From: Leptospirales bacterium
GTDB taxonomy: Bacteria; Spirochaetota; Leptospiria; Leptospirales; Leptonemataceae
Direction of reading: 5' to 3'
Assembly (NCBI GenBank): GCA_019694655.1
Contig: JAIBBN010000004.1
Coordinates: 146,348 to 210,347, forward strand
Length of the DNA stretch: 64,000 bases
Each line of letters opens with the position of its first letter. The stretch's first letter is position 1. The notes beneath the pieces are model-generated. The model was not told the origin of the DNA, did no database searches, and worked only from the letters and a program-made list of their open reading frames with translations. The translations under genes were made by a program, and so were the position numbers. Below, piece after piece: positions 61,443 through 64,000 of the stretch.

Positions 61443-62762
61443 CTAAGAGCCGGTTTTGAGACCGGCGCTCAGGGCGCTGCCGGGCGTCGGAGCTCTGGGG
61501 CGCGAAAGCAGGCCAATCAAAAGAAAGAAGCCGGCGCTCAGCAGTCCCAGGACCATGAAGATGGCGCCTACCAGCGGTCCGGCGCGGCCCTCAAAGGAGT
61601 AGCTGTAGCCGCTTTCTGCGACCTCTTTCACATACACCGCCTGCGTCAGCTTCAGGTCGGGAAAGATATCCTGAATGTGTTTTTCCAGGTCTGAGGCTGG
61701 CGAAAAGCTCCCGACGCGAAGTAGCATCGATTCCTTCGTTTGTGCTTCCTGTGGAATCAAACCAACCATGGCAAAGCCGGCTGAAGACAACATCGCCACA
61801 CGCTTGTGGTCTACGCCCGGAAAGGCCAGATATTGGCCTTCTGGCGCATAGCGAAGCTCGCGACGCATGGTGCGCAGCCGCCAGGCGGGACCGGCAATCA
61901 GCGGCGTAAAGAGCTCCCTGAGTTTTGCATTGCCTTCAGCGCCTTGCTGCAGCGGCGCATTTTGCTTTGTCTCATAACGGTAGACAGAGAGCGGATAAAG
62001 CAGGGCAACATTGTTTACACGGTAGGTTTGGCCGCTCACCGGCGATTCCATCATCTGTTCGAAACTCACGGCCTCCGGCGGATGATCCCAGTCCCTACGA
62101 ATCTGCTGGTAACTCTCGCTGCTTACAATCAGCGCAGCGATTCCAACAACAGTAAGCAGCGCCAGTCCCCCCAGCGTAAGCATTGCAATCGAAAGAAAAC
62201 TGCTGCCCGAGCTGGCCGACGGCGAACGACTTGCTGCGCCGCCGCCCTGGCTCTGGTATCCAATCGCAGGCTGTGAGGAAGGCGGCATATTGCCGGAGGC
62301 TGTGGCCACGGGTTGCTTTTTCTGGAGCCGCGCCTGCAAGAATAAAAAGGCCTGTGCAGGTTGAACGCCGGCCGCTGCCGCAGTACGCTGGCAGGCATCT
62401 TCAATGCTGCCGCCGCCGTTTAGGACTTCCACCAGGATCGACTCCTGGGCGGCGATACGCTGGATTTCATCGGCGCTCAGCGTGGGCCGGCGCGCGCCTA
62501 CCGGCGGCGATTGCAGATCTCTGGTTCCAATGTAGCTGAACAGCGTGGCCAGCAGATAGAAGGGCGTGACGATGAAAGATATGACGCCCCACCAGCCAGC
62601 GAAGAGCGTTGTGAGAAAATAGCTGCTGAACAACGAATCCCGGCAGGGGCGACAGACCGCGCCCTCGAAAGTCTGGTACTGGCGCATCACCAACAGACCA
62701 ATGTTTTTCTTGTAGCTGACTTTCGCCAGAGGGGCCTCGATGCCACAATTGATGCAAAACAT
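61443..62762 (-). CDS. membrane protein with N-terminal zinc-ribbon-like CxxC...CxxC motif
   Basis: An internal ATG gives 'MFCINCGIEAP...GAVCRPCRDSL', followed by TM segments ('FAGWWGVISFIVTPFYLLATLF'), a mid-protein TM and a C-terminal TM. An alternative upstream start at 62831 is possible. Confidence 0.55.
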   Translation of the reverse strand: MFCINCGIEAPLAKVSYKKNIGLLVMRQYQTFEGAVCRPCRDSLFSSYFLTTLFAGWWGVISFIVTPFYLLATLFSYIGTRDLQSPPVGARRPTLSADEIQRIAAQESILVEVLNGGGSIEDACQRTAAAAGVQPAQAFLFLQARLQKKQPVATASGNMPPSSQPAIGYQSQGGGAASRSPSASSGSSFLSIAMLTLGGLALLTVVGIAALIVSSESYQQIRRDWDHPPEAVSFEQMMESPVSGQTYRVNNVALLYPLSVYRYETKQNAPLQQGAEGNAKLRELFTPLIAGPAWRLRTMRRELRYAPEGQYLAFPGVDHKRVAMLSSAGFAMVGLIPQEAQTKESMLLRVGSFSPASDLEKHIQDIFPDLKLTQAVYVKEVAESGYSYSFEGRAGPLVGAIFMVLGLLSAGFFLLIGLLSRPRAPTPGSALSAGLKTGS

Positions 62763-62878
62763 GGGCGCTAATGAGGTCGGCGCCTTCTTGCAGTCAATCG
62801 GCTTTTGGCGCTGCAAGTGTGAAATTCGCATCTACGTCGAGCGGCCGTTCGGCGAAGCCTGGAAGCGGAGGATGTAAC

Positions 62879-63364
62879 ATGATTCTCAGGTATTTTCATA
62901 CAGAACGAGTCGAGAGCCTGTTCTTCGTAGCGGCCGGCGCAATGGCAATCGCGCTGGCGCTCTGGTTCTGGTTTGGATTGCGCAAGCCCTTTGCTCAGGG
63001 CGCGGCGATCCCGCTGGCGCTCATCGCGTTGATTCAGCTGCTGGTGGGCGTTACCGTTTTTGTGCGAACGCCGGCGGATATCGCCCGGGCCGATCAAATC
63101 GTAAATCATGAGCGTGCGCGATTGGCCAGCGAGGAAATTCCGCGCATGGACAAGGTTATGCAGAATTTTGTCTATTACCGCTGGACTGAAGCGGCGCTGG
63201 CCGGCGTCGCACTGTTCTTGCTGCTTGGCCTTCGCGAATTTCCTTTCTGGAACGGACTGGGGGCCGGCCTGCTTGCACAATCAATTCTGATGCTCTTTCT
63301 TGACTTCTTTGCTGAGCGCCGCGGCGCAGCCTACCTGGAATGGCTGCAAGGGCTTGCCGGATAA
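62879..63364 (+). CDS. small integral membrane protein (4 predicted TM)
   Basis: An internal ATG gives 'MILRYFHTERVESLFFVAAGAMAIALALWFWFGL'. Further hydrophobic segments follow. It is divergent from the zinc-ribbon membrane protein gene. Confidence 0.5.
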   Translation: MILRYFHTERVESLFFVAAGAMAIALALWFWFGLRKPFAQGAAIPLALIALIQLLVGVTVFVRTPADIARADQIVNHERARLASEEIPRMDKVMQNFVYYRWTEAALAGVALFLLLGLREFPFWNGLGAGLLAQSILMLFLDFFAERRGAAYLEWLQGLAG

Positions 63365-63436
63365 TCGCCGTCTGCGCTGCAGGCGTAATAGAGTCGGATG
63401 ACGCGACGCAAGCGTCGATGTTTTGCAAGCCTGTCG

Positions 63437-64000
63437 ATGGCGGAACTGACGGCGCTGGCGCGAGCTATCAGCTACCACGAATGGCGACCGGAGCTGCGCT
63501 GCGCGGATTCGCTGGCGCATCGTTTTCTGCCCTGGCCATTGCGCGCGGCCATCGCCCTGCGGCCGCTGCGTCGCCTGATTCGACTCTATGGAAAACTATG
63601 CTATCCAGGCGCTTACGAATACGTTGCCGTTCGTACACAAATCTTTGACGAGGCCGTCGCTGCCAGCGAATTTCAGCAACTTGTGATTCTGGGCGCCGGG
63701 GCCGACAGCCGCGCCTGGCGATTGACTTTGCCGCCCGAATGCCGGGTCTTTGCGGCGGATCATCCGCAGGCCCTGCAGCGCCGCTGGCGGCAGCTGCAGT
63801 CGCTCTTTGCCGAGAATGCGCGACCGGTACGTACGGCGGCGATCGACCTTGACCAGGAAGATCCGGGCAGGGCGCTCGTTGAAGCCGGATTCGACGCGGA
63901 CAGGCGCAGCCTCTTCCTGCTGGAAGGAGTGACCATGTATCTGGACGCTGCAAGCGTATTGCGGCTGCTTGCTTTTGTCGGCAATCGCTGCGCCGCCGGC
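63437..64000 (+). CDS. class I SAM-dependent methyltransferase (leucine-carboxyl/O-methyltransferase-like), 5' part running off the window
   Basis: Not in the ORF track because there is no stop in-window. ATG at 63437. The translation MAELTALARAISYHEWRPE...QQLVILGAGADSRAWRL...LFLLEGVTMYL shows SAM motif I (GxGxD) and the 'EGV-MYL' motif of this family. Confidence 0.75.
   Translation, partial: MAELTALARAISYHEWRPELRCADSLAHRFLPWPLRAAIALRPLRRLIRLYGKLCYPGAYEYVAVRTQIFDEAVAASEFQQLVILGAGADSRAWRLTLPPECRVFAADHPQALQRRWRQLQSLFAENARPVRTAAIDLDQEDPGRALVEAGFDADRRSLFLLEGVTMYLDAASVLRLLAFVGNRCAAG

Noticed and set aside
1-64000. tRNA, rRNA, CRISPR arrays, IS elements, integrases, and phage or defence-island hallmarks
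   Set aside because: All intergenic regions are shorter than about 260 nt. None shows tRNA-like T-arm/acceptor features, regularly spaced direct repeats, terminal inverted repeats, or transposase/recombinase ORFs. This was an inspection by eye only, so a covariance-model scan would be needed for certainty.

Overview
The window is a GC-rich chromosomal segment, roughly 60% GC by eye (not computed). It is densely packed with about 55 protein-coding genes. I saw no rRNA, tRNA, CRISPR array, transposase or integrase. All calls come from reading the supplied ORF translations for family motifs from memory; no database search was possible.

Recognisable housekeeping genes:
- Central metabolism: acnA, rpiA, and a divergent pgk-family gene followed by secG.
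- Methylmalonyl-CoA mutase set: mutA, mutB, meaB, plus a CitE/HpcH-type lyase.
- Histidine and translation: hisS, hisF, hisE, epmA, and an S4-type pseudouridine synthase.
- Others: a short sigma-70-family factor, phaR, a GST, a spore-photoproduct-lyase-like radical SAM enzyme, and an MBOAT O-acyltransferase with a GDS-motif partner.

The rest is envelope and signalling proteins: lipoproteins, HEAT/TPR/SH3 proteins, PD40-OmpA, PilZ, cNMP-binding proteins, and a PAS histidine kinase paired with a REC-RsbW-like protein.

The family mix (MBOAT with a DUF1574-like partner, PilZ and cNMP proteins, partner-switching modules, MuiA-like proteins) weakly suggests a Leptospiraceae-like or similar Gram-negative lineage. 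This is inference only.

Most noteworthy observations:
1. A minus-strand operon (52928-61189) carries two tandem secreted coiled-coil DUF4139/MuiA-like paralogues directly upstream of a TolC-family gene and an AcrB-type RND gene. No membrane-fusion protein is present anywhere in the window. The operon is preceded by a leader dense in dyad symmetry.
2. A roughly 1340-aa secreted protein is built from about 50 short 'P-L-F-Y'-type repeats.
3. A PGK-family paralogue has most catalytic and substrate-binding motifs substituted.
4. A vWA-STAS fusion has an intact MIDAS motif and an intact DSSG phospho-site.
5. A beta-propeller protein carries an apparently triad-less transglutaminase-like domain.

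Several start codons were moved downstream of the ORF-track start to the first signal peptide or conserved N-terminus. These starts are uncertain.
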